Below are positions 49,704 through 60,222 of a stretch of DNA of 64,000 nucleotides, piece by piece. This DNA is from Candidatus Angelobacter sp. (GTDB taxonomy: Bacteria > Acidobacteriota > Terriglobia > Terriglobales > Acidobacteriaceae), in the NCBI GenBank assembly GCA_035294925.1, contig DATGJZ010000142.1, forward strand, positions 65,357 to 129,356, written 5' to 3'. Position numbers and translations under genes: made by a program. The notes below the pieces were generated by a model. The model ran no database searches. It was given only the letters and a program-made list of their open reading frames with translations, and was not told the DNA's origin. Every line of letters begins with the position of its first letter. Position 1 is the first letter of the stretch.

Positions 49704-51506
49704 TCAAACTCCAGCCTTCTCTTCCAGCGCGTGCCACCGCTCATAGAGTTGATCCACGACCTTCTGCGCTTGATCCAACTCGGCCTGTGCGGCCAGGATT
49801 CGCGGTGCGTCGCTGGCGATGGCTGGATCATCGAGCACAGCCCGCCTGACCTGCAGCAATTCTTCAGCGTCAGCAATGCGCTGCTCGATGGTCGAGTACT
49901 CGCGTGCTTCCATATAGGACAGTTTTTTCCGGGTCAGAGCGGATTGTTCTCCTGCCTTGGGCTTCTCCGCTCGGGCTGGCTCCTTGACTGCCTGACTCTC
50001 GGCCATCCACGCCTCCCACTGCGAGTAGTCGGCAAAGCGTTCCGCTCTTCCCCGGCCATCCAAGCCCAAAACCGTAGTCGAAACGCGATCCAGCATGTAG
50101 CGGTCGTGTGTGACCAGAACCAGAGCACCGCGATATTCCAGCAGGCTCTCCTCGAGAATTTCCAGCGTGGGAATGTCGAGGTCATTCGTCGGCTCGTCCA
50201 GCAGAAGCACATCGGCGGGTTGCAGCATGAGCTTGGCGATGAGCAATCGCGCTCGCTCTCCTCCGGAGAGCCGCCCCACGGGTTGATTCAACTGTTCACC
50301 GGTAAAGAGAAACCGTGATGCCCAGGAAGCGACATGAATCACGCGATCCTGATAGACCACCGCGTCGCTGTCCGGAGCCAGGGCCCTGCGCAATGTGACA
50401 TCGGGGTCAAGCCTGCGCGTCTGGTCGAAATAGACGATCTGCAGAGCCTGCGCGCGGCGGATCTGACCGGCATCCGGATTAAGCTCTCCCTGCAGCAACC
50501 GCAACAGTGTGGTCTTGCCGCTGCCATTCGGGCCAACCAGGCCGACGCGTATGCCATTGGCAATGATGAAATCAATCCTGCTGAAGAGCTGCCGGCCCGG
50601 GGCGGAATAGCTGACGCCTTCCAGTTCCACCAGCCGCTTGGTCTGCCGGTCTGTGGCCGAGAAATCAATCTGTGCTGTTTCGCTGCGTGAACGGGTCTTG
50701 AGATCGGCCAGCTCTCCCATCAACTCATTGGCTTTGTCGATCCTGGCTTTGGACTTTGTGGTACGCGCTTTGGGGCCGCGCCGCAGCCACTCAATTTCCG
50801 TGCGGACGCGGTTCTCAAGCGCATCCTGATGCCTGGCCTGCGCGTGAAGATACTCTTCTTTCTTCTCCAGGAATTGGCTGTAGTTGCCCTTGACCCGCAG
50901 CAATCCATCGGGATAGGCACGATTCAGTTCCGCTACTTCGTTGGCGACATTTTCCAGAAAGTAACGATCGTGACTGATGGTCACACAGGTAAACTCGGCA
51001 TTTTCCAGCAGCCCTTCCAGCCAGTTGATGCCGGCGAGGTCAAGGTGATTTGTGGGCTCGTCCAACAGCAGTATGTCAGGATGTTGAACCAGCCCCTCGG
51101 CAATGGCCAGGCGCTTTTGCCATCCGCCGGAAAGGCTCGCCGCCTCGACGGCAAAATCTACAAATCCGGCGCGGCCAAGCGTCTCTCCGATGCGCGCCTC
51201 GTGTTCCGTCTCCGGTGCTCCAATCCGTTGCAGGGTCTGGTGCAACACTGACCGTACTGTTTCGCCTGGCGCAAATTGTGATTCCTGCTCAACGTAACTG
51301 ACCCTGGTCAGCCGCCGGACGGCAACATTCCCGCTGTCCGGTTCAAGCTGTCCGGCAAGGATACGCAACAGCGTAGATTTGCCCGAGCCGTTGGGGCCGA
51401 TGACGCCGATGCGGTCTCCCTGGGAAACCGTGAAAGAAACATCCTTAAATAGAGTGGTGGCCCCAAAGGACTTCGAGATGCCTTGTGCATTAATAATCGG
51501 TGGCAA
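49704..51506 (-). CDS. ABC-F family ATPase (Uup/EttA-like, no TM domain)
   Basis: Two ABC cassettes: Walker A GPNGSGKST and GPNGSGKTT, signatures LSGGWQKR and LSGGERAR. C-terminal coiled-coil tail. Confidence 0.9.
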   Translation of the reverse strand: MPPIINAQGISKSFGATTLFKDVSFTVSQGDRIGVIGPNGSGKSTLLRILAGQLEPDSGNVAVRRLTRVSYVEQESQFAPGETVRSVLHQTLQRIGAPETEHEARIGETLGRAGFVDFAVEAASLSGGWQKRLAIAEGLVQHPDILLLDEPTNHLDLAGINWLEGLLENAEFTCVTISHDRYFLENVANEVAELNRAYPDGLLRVKGNYSQFLEKKEEYLHAQARHQDALENRVRTEIEWLRRGPKARTTKSKARIDKANELMGELADLKTRSRSETAQIDFSATDRQTKRLVELEGVSYSAPGRQLFSRIDFIIANGIRVGLVGPNGSGKTTLLRLLQGELNPDAGQIRRAQALQIVYFDQTRRLDPDVTLRRALAPDSDAVVYQDRVIHVASWASRFLFTGEQLNQPVGRLSGGERARLLIAKLMLQPADVLLLDEPTNDLDIPTLEILEESLLEYRGALVLVTHDRYMLDRVSTTVLGLDGRGRAERFADYSQWEAWMAESQAVKEPARAEKPKAGEQSALTRKKLSYMEAREYSTIEQRIADAEELLQVRRAVLDDPAIASDAPRILAAQAELDQAQKVVDQLYERWHALEEKAGV

Positions 51507-51569
51507 GTACCAGACAATCTCCTCAAATAGGCTTATATGAGAATATCAACAAGCCCGGCGCATACGGTG

Positions 51570-53132
51570 CTAGCGGCCAACCATGGTTGGTTCATCGCTG
51601 GAAACAGCTTCAGGCTTGAGCCCTTTTTGTACCAGGCTGTGCTTGCGGCCGTAACCGAAGTATATGGCAAAGCCGATCAGTAACCAGACGACCAATCGGA
51701 CCTTCGCGCCGAAGGGAAGAGAATACATCATCAGCAGGCAAATGATAATGCCAAGCACTGGCACTAGCGGCACGAACGGAGTTCGAAAAGGCCGAGGCAG
51801 GTCAGGCCGTTTGCGGCGAAGGACCAGCACACCGCAGCAAACAATGACGAAGGCCAGCAGCGTTCCGATGGAACACAGCTCTACCAGCCAGACCAGAGAA
51901 AAGAGAGAGCCGAAGAGCGCAACAAACGTTCCTACGACCAGGGTGGCAATCCAGGGAGTTCGAAAGCGGGGATGAATTGCTCCAGCCCAGCGGGGCAGCA
52001 AGCCGTCACGCGACATGGCGAAAAGGATACGTGACTGTCCCAGCAACATTACCATCATCGTACTGGTTAGCCCCAGAATGGTGCCTATCAACACCACATA
52101 AGTACCCCAACGCACACCAGTGGCCTCAATCCCCACGGCCACGGGTGCAGCCACCTGAAGGCGGGTGTAGTTCACCACACCGGTGAGCAGGCCGGCGGTG
52201 ATTATGTAGAGGACGGTGCAGATCGCCAGCGATCCAAGGATGCCGAGCGGCATGTCCCTCTGTGGCTTGCGCGCCTCCTGCGCGGTAGTGGAAACAGCGT
52301 CAAATCCAATGTAGGCGAAGAAAACAAGTGAGGCGCCCCTTGCGATCCCCGACCATCCGAACTGGCCGAAAGTTCCCTGATTGGGTGGAATGAATGGATG
52401 CCAATTGCTCAACGCAACCGAGGGGTGCTGGAACACATATATCGCAGCCACGCCGATAAAGATCATGACCGTGGCGAGTTTGACCACAACAATCACGCTA
52501 TTGATATTGGCTGATTCCTTGATGCCGACGACCAGAACGAGCGTGATCCCCATGATCACCAGGAATGCCACCAGGTTGAAAACAGCATGAATCGCGGGCA
52601 AGCCCGCAATTGAAACCCCGGGAGGCAGGTTCGTAGCCGACTGCCAAAAGCCCTGATACTGGACCAGCAGGGCGCCGGGCGCATCTGTCAATTGAGGCGG
52701 CAGTGCCCAGCCGAGGTGCTGAAGAAGCAGGTTCAGGTTGCCGCTCCATCCTGAGGCAACCGTGGAGGAGCCAAATGCGTATTCGAGGATCAGGTCCCAG
52801 CCGATGATCCAGGCAAAAATCTCGCCCAAGGTGGCGTAACCATAGCTGTAAGCCGAGCCGGCGATGGGAATCATAGAGGCAAACTCGGCATAGCAGAGAC
52901 CGGCAAATGCACAACCCAGGCCGCTCAACACAAACGACAGGACAACGGCCGGCCCCGCCGCCTGGGCCGCAACCGTGCCGGTGAGAACAAAGATGCCGGC
53001 ACCGATGATGGCGCCGATGCCCAGGGACATCAGATTCACCGGGCCCAAAGCCCGCTTGAGAGAGTGGGTGTCTTCCCGGCGTGATTCGGCAATCAGCCAA
53101 TCCGGCGGCTTTATGGCAAACAGGTTCGACAT
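51570..53132 (-). CDS. APC-superfamily amino acid permease
   Basis: 520 aa with about 12-14 TM helices. The N-terminal LKRALGPVNLMSLGIGAIIGAGIFVLTG motif is typical of cationic amino-acid-transporter-like APC members. Confidence 0.9.
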   Translation of the reverse strand: MSNLFAIKPPDWLIAESRREDTHSLKRALGPVNLMSLGIGAIIGAGIFVLTGTVAAQAAGPAVVLSFVLSGLGCAFAGLCYAEFASMIPIAGSAYSYGYATLGEIFAWIIGWDLILEYAFGSSTVASGWSGNLNLLLQHLGWALPPQLTDAPGALLVQYQGFWQSATNLPPGVSIAGLPAIHAVFNLVAFLVIMGITLVLVVGIKESANINSVIVVVKLATVMIFIGVAAIYVFQHPSVALSNWHPFIPPNQGTFGQFGWSGIARGASLVFFAYIGFDAVSTTAQEARKPQRDMPLGILGSLAICTVLYIITAGLLTGVVNYTRLQVAAPVAVGIEATGVRWGTYVVLIGTILGLTSTMMVMLLGQSRILFAMSRDGLLPRWAGAIHPRFRTPWIATLVVGTFVALFGSLFSLVWLVELCSIGTLLAFVIVCCGVLVLRRKRPDLPRPFRTPFVPLVPVLGIIICLLMMYSLPFGAKVRLVVWLLIGFAIYFGYGRKHSLVQKGLKPEAVSSDEPTMVGR

Positions 53133-53362
53133 TTCCTGATCTACTCCCTAGCGCGGCAGCGGTTCGGTTGTGCCTGACCAGGCCCGGCAGTCATAGAAAC
53201 CCTGCCGTCTCCGCGTGCGCTAAAGCGGAGGCTCTTTTGCGCGCGTGGAGAAACACAACCATGCAGCTATGTGACCGTGACGCAAGGTCCGCGTGACAAT
53301 TTATTTTTCTGGGTCCTTCCTCCTGCCAGCATTCTTCCTGTGCTAGGATTCGGAGAAATCGC

Positions 53363-53995
53363 ATGGTTGCCCGTCCCAATCACGGAGCGTCATCTCAGCC
53401 CGATGAAGACCGGGATTTGCTGGAGCAGATCCGCGCCGGCCGGCTTGACCTTTTCCATGAATTGGTACGCAGACATGAAGCAGCTATCTTTCGCGGGGCG
53501 ATGGCCATTCTTGGTAATACTGCGGACGCCGAAGATGTGACCCAGGAGACTTTCTTACGGGCGTTCCGGAATTTGAACCGGTTTCGCGGCGAGGCAAAAT
53601 TTCGTACCTGGTTGATCCAGATTGCGGTCAATGTCGCCCGCTCCCGGCTCAGGGACATCCGCAAAGAGCGCTGGCAGCCTTTGGATGCTGACACCTCTGA
53701 ACCTGCTGAATTCGGGAGATGGGAGCCGCCGGCGCACACGCCAAGCCCGGAGCAAGAGTACTCATTCAAGGAACTGGGCCGCAGGATTATGGCGATTCTG
53801 GATGGCTTGCATCCGCGGTACAGGTCAGTCATCTACATGCGTGACGTCGAGCACCTGTCCACGGGGGCGACAGCACTGGCGCTGGGAATGACTGAGGAGT
53901 CGGTACGCACCAGGTTGCGCCGCGCGCGGAATGATTTGCGGGCCAAGATGCGACGAGTATTGGCAAAGCCCGATCGAAATGACGGAGTCTTATGA
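53363..53995 (+). CDS. ECF-type RNA polymerase sigma-70 factor
   Basis: Region 2 (AEDVTQETFLRAFRNLNRFRGEAKFRTWLIQIAVN) and region 4 (EHLSTGATALALGMTEESVRTRLRRAR). Confidence 0.9.
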   Translation: MVARPNHGASSQPDEDRDLLEQIRAGRLDLFHELVRRHEAAIFRGAMAILGNTADAEDVTQETFLRAFRNLNRFRGEAKFRTWLIQIAVNVARSRLRDIRKERWQPLDADTSEPAEFGRWEPPAHTPSPEQEYSFKELGRRIMAILDGLHPRYRSVIYMRDVEHLSTGATALALGMTEESVRTRLRRARNDLRAKMRRVLAKPDRNDGVL

Positions 53996-54351
53996 AGTGT
54001 GAACAGTTTCTTTTCGAAGCTTCGTATATATGCGATACCAGCGGGGAAGACATGCCTCAGGAGGCGCTGGATCATTTGCGTGAGTGTATCTCCTGCCGCG
54101 CGCAATTTCACCGGCTCGGGAACGGGTTTTCCTCAATCGAAAGCGAATCATCGGCGCAGATGAGCGGGCGCTTGCACCATGCGATTGACCTGATGATCGC
54201 AGAGAAGCCGGCACGACTCGAGCGTCGTGCATCTTTCGGCAGAATGTGGCTGCCAGCGGCTTTGGCCTTGCTCATTCTGGTTGGATCCATTGCCGGTATC
54301 GCGTATCAGAACCATCCCACCCAAACTATGCCCATGTATGCGCGGCGCTGA
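53992..54351 (+). CDS. Putative anti-sigma factor (zf-HC2-like, single TM)
   Basis: The start overlaps the sigma gene stop (ATGA). Has H-x3-C-x2-C (HLRECISCRAQF) and one TM helix (MWLPAALALLILVGSIAGIAY). Confidence 0.65.
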   Translation: MKCEQFLFEASYICDTSGEDMPQEALDHLRECISCRAQFHRLGNGFSSIESESSAQMSGRLHHAIDLMIAEKPARLERRASFGRMWLPAALALLILVGSIAGIAYQNHPTQTMPMYARR

Positions 54352-54377
54352 TTGTTTTTGATAAGGATCATTGACAC

Positions 54378-55826
54378 TCATTGGACGTGTGCCTGCAGCG
54401 CCCGCTTACTGTGGTAGCGGCCATACACCATGTAGATTGCCAGCCCGATCAGCAGCCAAATCAGAAAACGTATCCAGGTATTGCGGGAAAGGCTCGCCAT
54501 CATGACCAGAAGAGGAGCCAGGGAAGCCAGGCCCAGCCAGGGCATCCACGGCGCCTTGAATGGCCGCGGGCGTTGCGGCTGCGACTTGCGCAGGCAGATC
54601 ACGCAGATGGGGACCAGGGCAAAGGCGGCGAGAGCACCGTGGGCGGCCAGGTCCACCGATTCGCCAAGATCAATCAGGCCTGCGCACAGAGCCACACTGG
54701 CCCCGCTAATCCAGGTGCACCAATGCGGAATCTTTCTTGTTGGATGCAGTGACGAAAAGACTTCGGGCAGGAAACCATCGCGGGCCATGGCATACCAGAT
54801 GCGCGTCTGCCCGTACTGGCATACAAACAAAACGGAAACCGTGCCAATCAACATACCCGCGAGGGCGATGCCGAGAGTTGCGGCCCCTGTTCCAGAGTGC
54901 GCCAGGGCGTATATGGGCGAAATGGATGCGCCGGCGCCGTAGCTGAGTGTGGTGTACGGCAATATTCCCAGCAAGACCGCCGCGACAGCGATGTACAGTA
55001 TCCCGGAAACCACGACAGAACCCAGGATTCCAACCGGGATGTCACGCTTTGGCTGCCGGGCTTCCTCTGCAGCCACTGAAACACAGTCAAAGCCCACATA
55101 CACAAAAAAAATCATCATCCCACCGGATAGGACTCCCCTGATCCCGCCTGGTGCAAAAGGATGCCAGTTGCGCGGCTGCACCAAAGTGCTCCCTGCCACC
55201 ACGAAGAACAGGATGAGTGCTGATTTCAGGGTCACCATCAACATGTTTGTACGGGAGAAAGCGCGAGTCCCCAGCGACAAGATCAGCGTGATCAGCATCA
55301 CGATCAGAAAGGCGGGAACATTAAAGTAAGCGCCCGTCCATTTGCCGCCGGACCAGACCGGAAGCGACCACTGGTTCGGCATCAGGATATGGAGATCCGC
55401 CAGACGGATTCTCAGTTGTTCACTGAAGCTACTGGCCAGGGAGATATTCGCAAGACTGTATTCCAGAGTAAGAATCCAGCCTGTCATCCACGCTGCGAGT
55501 TCGCCCAGCGCCGCATAAGAGTATGTGTACACACTGCCGGCGAGTGGAAGCAGAGACGCCAGTTCCGCGTAGCAAGCGCCTATGGCAAGGCAAATGACAC
55601 ACCCGAGGGCCAAAGAGATGACGATTGCGGGCCCGGCCGGTAATCTTCCATGCTCTCCTGACGCAGCGATGCCAGGGAGAGAATAGATTCCCGCGCCAAC
55701 GATCGCGCCGACTCCGATGGCAATCAAGGACCAGCGCCCCATAGGTCTTTCCAGACGAAATCGGGGCAGGTCAGAGTCTGCCATCAGTTCGTCAATGGGC
55801 TTGGTTGAGCCGGATTGGCTGGCCAA
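54378..55826 (-). CDS. APC-superfamily amino acid permease (paralog of 51570-53132)
   Basis: 482 aa, polytopic, with the same family motifs (IGVGAIVGAGIYSLPG). TTG start. Confidence 0.9.
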   Translation of the reverse strand: MASQSGSTKPIDELMADSDLPRFRLERPMGRWSLIAIGVGAIVGAGIYSLPGIAASGEHGRLPAGPAIVISLALGCVICLAIGACYAELASLLPLAGSVYTYSYAALGELAAWMTGWILTLEYSLANISLASSFSEQLRIRLADLHILMPNQWSLPVWSGGKWTGAYFNVPAFLIVMLITLILSLGTRAFSRTNMLMVTLKSALILFFVVAGSTLVQPRNWHPFAPGGIRGVLSGGMMIFFVYVGFDCVSVAAEEARQPKRDIPVGILGSVVVSGILYIAVAAVLLGILPYTTLSYGAGASISPIYALAHSGTGAATLGIALAGMLIGTVSVLFVCQYGQTRIWYAMARDGFLPEVFSSLHPTRKIPHWCTWISGASVALCAGLIDLGESVDLAAHGALAAFALVPICVICLRKSQPQRPRPFKAPWMPWLGLASLAPLLVMMASLSRNTWIRFLIWLLIGLAIYMVYGRYHSKRALQAHVQ

Positions 55827-56092
55827 AAAACCTCCCTACACTTTACTCTTTGCCTGGATGGATGCCTGCTCGCCGATGGCGTCACCAAGTCTAACGCAAC
55901 ACGCTTGCATTCTTGGATCGCGGTAACCCGGTGCGCCAGCAATGGGGGTAGAGAGCTATCCTGGACACCATTCTGATAATTTGACCTTGGAAAAAGTGTC
56001 GCCGGGTCAGTTTATTTTGAGCAGCCTTACGACTGGCAATTGAGTTAGTTTAAGTGCCTGGATGTGGCCCAAATCTGCTAGAATCCTGCCCC

Positions 56093-58270
56093 ATGAATCG
56101 CCGACATCTATTGGTCGTCCTGACGCTTTTGTGCGTTGCGCCGGTTGTTCTGCAGGCTGCCAGTCAGGAGCAAATCGCCCAATCCGTCACCATTTATCGT
56201 GACAACTACGGTGTTCCGCACATTTACGGTCCCACCGACGCCAGTTGCGCATTCGGTTACATGTACGCTCAGGCCGAAGACAATTTCTGGCAGATTGAGG
56301 ATAGTTACATCCGTGCCCTGGGCCGCGGCTCGGAAATCTATGGCACGAAGACCCTGGAAGATGATGAATTGGTCCGGGCGCTGGAGATTCCAAGGCTATC
56401 GCAAGCGGAATATGAACATATGCCCGCCGGCACCAAGATGCTGCTCCAGGGAGCGGCGGATGGGTTGAATTACTTTCTGCAAACCCATCCTCAGGCCAAA
56501 CCGCGGCTGCTTACGCATTTCGAGCCTTGGTACGGCTTGGCTTTCAATCGCTACGCGCTTTATTTCCAGTTCATCTATTCCCGCGGCGGCTTGCGCAGGG
56601 AAGAGATCAAGACGGTGACCGAGCCTCAAACCGCCAAAGCGGATGCCACCCGTGCTAAATCGCGCGACCTGGATGCGGAGACAGCAGAGGCCTACAAGAT
56701 AGCTGCCGAGACGCAGGGATCGAACATGTGGGCGGTCATGCCGGCCAAGAGTGCTTCCGGGCATGCCATGCTCTTTATCAATCCGCACCAGCCATTTTTC
56801 GGCACCGGCCAGTGGTATGAAGGCCATGTACACAGCGATGAAGGCTGGGACATGTCCGGCGCGTCGTTTTTCGGCTCCGCACTGCCGACCCTTGGCCACA
56901 ATGAATTTCTGGGCTGGAGCCACACGGTGAATGCTCCTGACATAGTGGACGTGTGGGAAGAGGTTTTCGATAAGCCCGGCGATCCGCTGGCTTATCGCTA
57001 TGATGGCGGATACCGGCGCGCCACCGAGTGGTCCGACACGATCAAGATCAAGACCGAAAGCGGGATGACCGAACGTAAGTTCACCTTCCGCAAAACTCAT
57101 CATGGTCCGATCGTGGCCAAGCGCGATGGCAAGTGGCTTTCCATCAAGATGGCGCGCTTCGAAGAGGGTGGACAGCTCGATGAATGGTATGCCATGACGC
57201 GGGCCCACAATATGGAGGAGTTCAAGAAGGCGATGTCGGCTGCGGCCGTCCCGATGTTCAATGCCATCTATGCCGATCGCGATGGAAACATCTTTTATGT
57301 GTACAACGGCGCGGTGCCGCGCCGCTCGTTAAAATATGACTGGTCAAAACCCGTGGATGGCACCACGTCCGAGACCGAATGGCAGGGTTATCATGCGTTC
57401 AGCGAGCTTCCGCAGGTGACCAATCCCAAGTCCGGCTGGGTACAGAACTGCAACTCCACGCCGTTTTTAACCACCATTTTCGACAATCCGGACCCATCTC
57501 AATTTCCCAAGTACATGGTGGGTGAAGGCGACACGGCGCGGGCGCGGATCTCGCGGCGCATTCTCTGGAACAAAGACAAATTTACGTTCGAAGATTGGGC
57601 CCATGCCGGCTTTGATACCTATGTAATCCAGGCAGAGACTGAGCTGGGCGACCTGGCAAAGGCCTGGGAGAAGGCGCCCAGCACCAAGGCTGCCGAGGCG
57701 TTCGCCGAGCTGCAGAAGTGGGACCACGTGAGCCGCACCAACTCCGTCCCCATGACCCTGTTCATGCTATGGCACGAAAAGCAATACGGCACCGCTGTGG
57801 TCCGGTCGGCCAAGGCAAAGCTGGATCCGGTGCAGGCGCTGGAGCAGGTGGTGGATGATCTGAACGGCAAGTTTGGAAGCTGGCGCGTGGCCTGGGGCGA
57901 CCTGAACCGGCTGGAGCGCCGCCAGTCGGGAGGCGACGAGCCATTCCGGGACGACGTGAAGAGCCTGCCGGTGGCCGGCGCTCCGGGCGACGTGGGCATC
58001 GTATTTAACTTCTACGCGCGGCCGGAGAAAGATCAAAAGCTGCGTTACGGGGTGGCGGGACACTCATTTATCAGCGTGGTCGACTTTGGCCCGGAGATCC
58101 AGGCGCGGTCGATCCTGGTGTTCGGCGAGAACTCTGATCCGGCGTCGCCACACTATTTTGACCAGTCAGAACTTTACGCCAGGCAGCAGTTCAAGCCGGC
58201 TTACTTCAAGCTGGATGAGATCAAGGCACACGCTGAGAGAACGTACCATCCCGGCGCGGCAGGGAACTGA
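56093..58270 (+). CDS. Penicillin-acylase-family Ntn hydrolase (possible acyl-homoserine-lactone/beta-lactam acylase)
   Basis: Signal peptide from MNRRHLLVV. The autoprocessing site ...TQG|SNMWAV carries the Ser nucleophile. Family-typical length. Confidence 0.88.
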   Translation: MNRRHLLVVLTLLCVAPVVLQAASQEQIAQSVTIYRDNYGVPHIYGPTDASCAFGYMYAQAEDNFWQIEDSYIRALGRGSEIYGTKTLEDDELVRALEIPRLSQAEYEHMPAGTKMLLQGAADGLNYFLQTHPQAKPRLLTHFEPWYGLAFNRYALYFQFIYSRGGLRREEIKTVTEPQTAKADATRAKSRDLDAETAEAYKIAAETQGSNMWAVMPAKSASGHAMLFINPHQPFFGTGQWYEGHVHSDEGWDMSGASFFGSALPTLGHNEFLGWSHTVNAPDIVDVWEEVFDKPGDPLAYRYDGGYRRATEWSDTIKIKTESGMTERKFTFRKTHHGPIVAKRDGKWLSIKMARFEEGGQLDEWYAMTRAHNMEEFKKAMSAAAVPMFNAIYADRDGNIFYVYNGAVPRRSLKYDWSKPVDGTTSETEWQGYHAFSELPQVTNPKSGWVQNCNSTPFLTTIFDNPDPSQFPKYMVGEGDTARARISRRILWNKDKFTFEDWAHAGFDTYVIQAETELGDLAKAWEKAPSTKAAEAFAELQKWDHVSRTNSVPMTLFMLWHEKQYGTAVVRSAKAKLDPVQALEQVVDDLNGKFGSWRVAWGDLNRLERRQSGGDEPFRDDVKSLPVAGAPGDVGIVFNFYARPEKDQKLRYGVAGHSFISVVDFGPEIQARSILVFGENSDPASPHYFDQSELYARQQFKPAYFKLDEIKAHAERTYHPGAAGN

Positions 58271-58345
58271 GGAGCAGCACATTCGCCGCTGATTTACGCA
58301 GATGAGCGCAGATTTGCTCTGGTTCTGGGAAAGGTCTGAGGTGCA

Positions 58346-59917
58346 ATGGAAACTGCTTTAACTCCACTTGAATTTGCGCGCCGCGCGCGGCGGCTCTATC
58401 CCGACCGCGAAGCCGTGGTGGACAACGATCTGCGGCTGACCTACGGGCAGTTTTTGGAACGCTGCGACCGCTGGTCGGCGGCATTGCAGCGGCTTGGCGT
58501 TCGTCAAGGAGACCGGGTGGCTTACATTGCTCCGAACGTCCACGGGCAGCTCGAATCTTTCTATTCGGTGTTGCAGATCGGAGCCACGCTGGTGCCTATC
58601 AATTACCGGCTGACGGCGGACGATTTTGCGTATCTCATCCAGCACAGCGGGGCACGGGTGGTGTGCGCGCACCCGGATTACCTGGATGCAGTGGATAGCA
58701 TCCGCAGCCAGATACCGGAGGTCGAGCACTTTGTGGCGCTGGATGGGGCGCGGGAGGGATGGCTGGATTATGAGGCTACGCTGAAATCGTCTCCAACTGA
58801 GTTTGCGCGTCCCACCATCGGCGAGAACGACCTGGCCACCATCAACTACACCAGCGGGACCACGTCCAGACCGAAGGGTGTCATGATCACCCACCGCAAC
58901 GCTTATATGAATGTGGTGGGCACGCTGATCCACTTTCACATGACGTCTGCCGACCGCTATCTTTGGACGCTGCCGATGTTCCACGCCAACGGATGGACAT
59001 TCGTGTGGACGATCACGGCGGTGGGTGGAACCCATGTTTGCCTGGGAAAAGTTGAGGCCAAGACGGCATTTGAAAAGATCAACAGCGAGCGGATCACCTC
59101 CATGTGCGCCGCTCCCACGGTCCTGATTTTTCTGGCCAACGCACCGGAAGAAATGCGGCGCGGTGTCCGCCGCGGGATCAGGGTGGTGACGGCGGGCGCG
59201 CCGCCGGCGGCGGCTACCATCGAGCGAATTGAAAGCGAGTTTGGCTGGACCATGACGCACGTTTATGGCCTGACGGAGACCTCGCCGTTTATCTCCATCT
59301 GCGAGCCGCGCCAGGAACACGAAGCGCTTTCCGTTCGCGACCGATGCGTGATCAAGGCACGCCAGGGCGTGGAGTTGGTGACATCGGGCGAGCTGCGGGT
59401 GGTGGATGAGCAGGCCCACGAGGTCCCACACGATGGAGCGACGCTGGGCGAGATTGTGGCTGCAGGAAACGTGATTATGAAGGGGTACTACAAAGATCCG
59501 GAAGCGACGGCCAGGGTGATCCGCGATGGCTGGTTTTATACGGGCGATGCAGCGGTGGTGCATCCGGACGGTTATATCGAGGTGCGTGACCGGCTGAAAG
59601 ATGTGATCATCAGCGGCGGGGAGAATATTTCTTCGGTAGAGGTGGAAGGCATTCTGCTGCGTCATCCCGCGGTACAAGAGGCTGCCGTGGTGGGCCTGCC
59701 GCACGAAAAATGGGGCGAGGCGCCGCAGGCATTCCTGGTGCTGAAGGCCGGAGCAACCGCAACAGAGGATGAACTCAAAGAGTTTGCGCGGTCGCGCATG
59801 GCGCACTTCAAAGTCCCGCATGGGTTCGCTTTTGTTACGGAACTTCCGAAGACCGCCACGGGAAAGATCCAGAAGTATGTTTTGCGGGGAAAGGGATCGG
59901 CGATTCACAAGCAGTGA
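58346..59917 (+). CDS. AMP-dependent acyl-CoA synthetase/ligase
   Basis: AMP-binding motif YTSGTTSRPKGV, later YGLTET and GWFYTGD motifs, and a C-terminal lysine in PKTATGKIQK. Confidence 0.9.
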   Translation: METALTPLEFARRARRLYPDREAVVDNDLRLTYGQFLERCDRWSAALQRLGVRQGDRVAYIAPNVHGQLESFYSVLQIGATLVPINYRLTADDFAYLIQHSGARVVCAHPDYLDAVDSIRSQIPEVEHFVALDGAREGWLDYEATLKSSPTEFARPTIGENDLATINYTSGTTSRPKGVMITHRNAYMNVVGTLIHFHMTSADRYLWTLPMFHANGWTFVWTITAVGGTHVCLGKVEAKTAFEKINSERITSMCAAPTVLIFLANAPEEMRRGVRRGIRVVTAGAPPAAATIERIESEFGWTMTHVYGLTETSPFISICEPRQEHEALSVRDRCVIKARQGVELVTSGELRVVDEQAHEVPHDGATLGEIVAAGNVIMKGYYKDPEATARVIRDGWFYTGDAAVVHPDGYIEVRDRLKDVIISGGENISSVEVEGILLRHPAVQEAAVVGLPHEKWGEAPQAFLVLKAGATATEDELKEFARSRMAHFKVPHGFAFVTELPKTATGKIQKYVLRGKGSAIHKQ

Positions 59918-59930
59918 GCTAGCAGTCAGC

Positions 59931-60222
59931 ACTCAGCATTCAGCCTGCGGACGGCCTTGGCAGTCATTCAAATCGTCGTGGGCATGGAAACGAGAAGTTC
60001 AAAAAACCTTACCAGTGATGACGGTGATCAGACTGATTTCGACTGATTAAGACCAAGGAGAAGAGTGAGATCGCCTGGAAAGGGGATTTTTTCTCGCGTT
60101 CTCAGCATTCAGCCCGCGGACGGCCCTGGCGATCCTTGAACAGATCGTCGGCATGGAAACGGAAACTTCAAAAAACCTTACCACTGATGACGGTGGTTTG
60201 GCTGATTTCCACAGATAGGACC
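59931..60222. repeat. Two direct copies of an about 120-bp family-D intergenic repeat
   Basis: cagcattcagcc.gcggacggcc.tggc...ggcatggaaacg.gaa..ttcaaaaaaccttacca.tgatgacggtg.t....ctgatttc.ac.gat occurs at about 59931-60052 and 60102-60222. Partial copies lie at about 63775-63838 and 12554-12625. Confidence 0.8.

Noticed and set aside
51570-55826. Two APC permeases flanking the ECF sigma/anti-sigma pair as a possible dedicated sensing system
   Set aside because: The permeases are on the opposite strand from the sigma operon and are separated from it by promoter-sized gaps. ECF pairs are abundant and frequently sit next to unrelated transporters. Nothing in the sequence indicates a functional link.
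58358-59932. 524-aa antisense ORF covering the whole acyl-CoA synthetase gene, and similar long antisense ORFs at 6171-7151 in lon, 29255-30712 in the BNR gene, 56396-57208 in the acylase gene and 45175-45927 in the carboxylase gene
   Set aside because: The sense strands carry unambiguous family motifs. The antisense products are Arg/Gly/His-rich low-complexity sequence typical of stop-poor mirror frames in GC-rich DNA, and they have no motifs or RBS.
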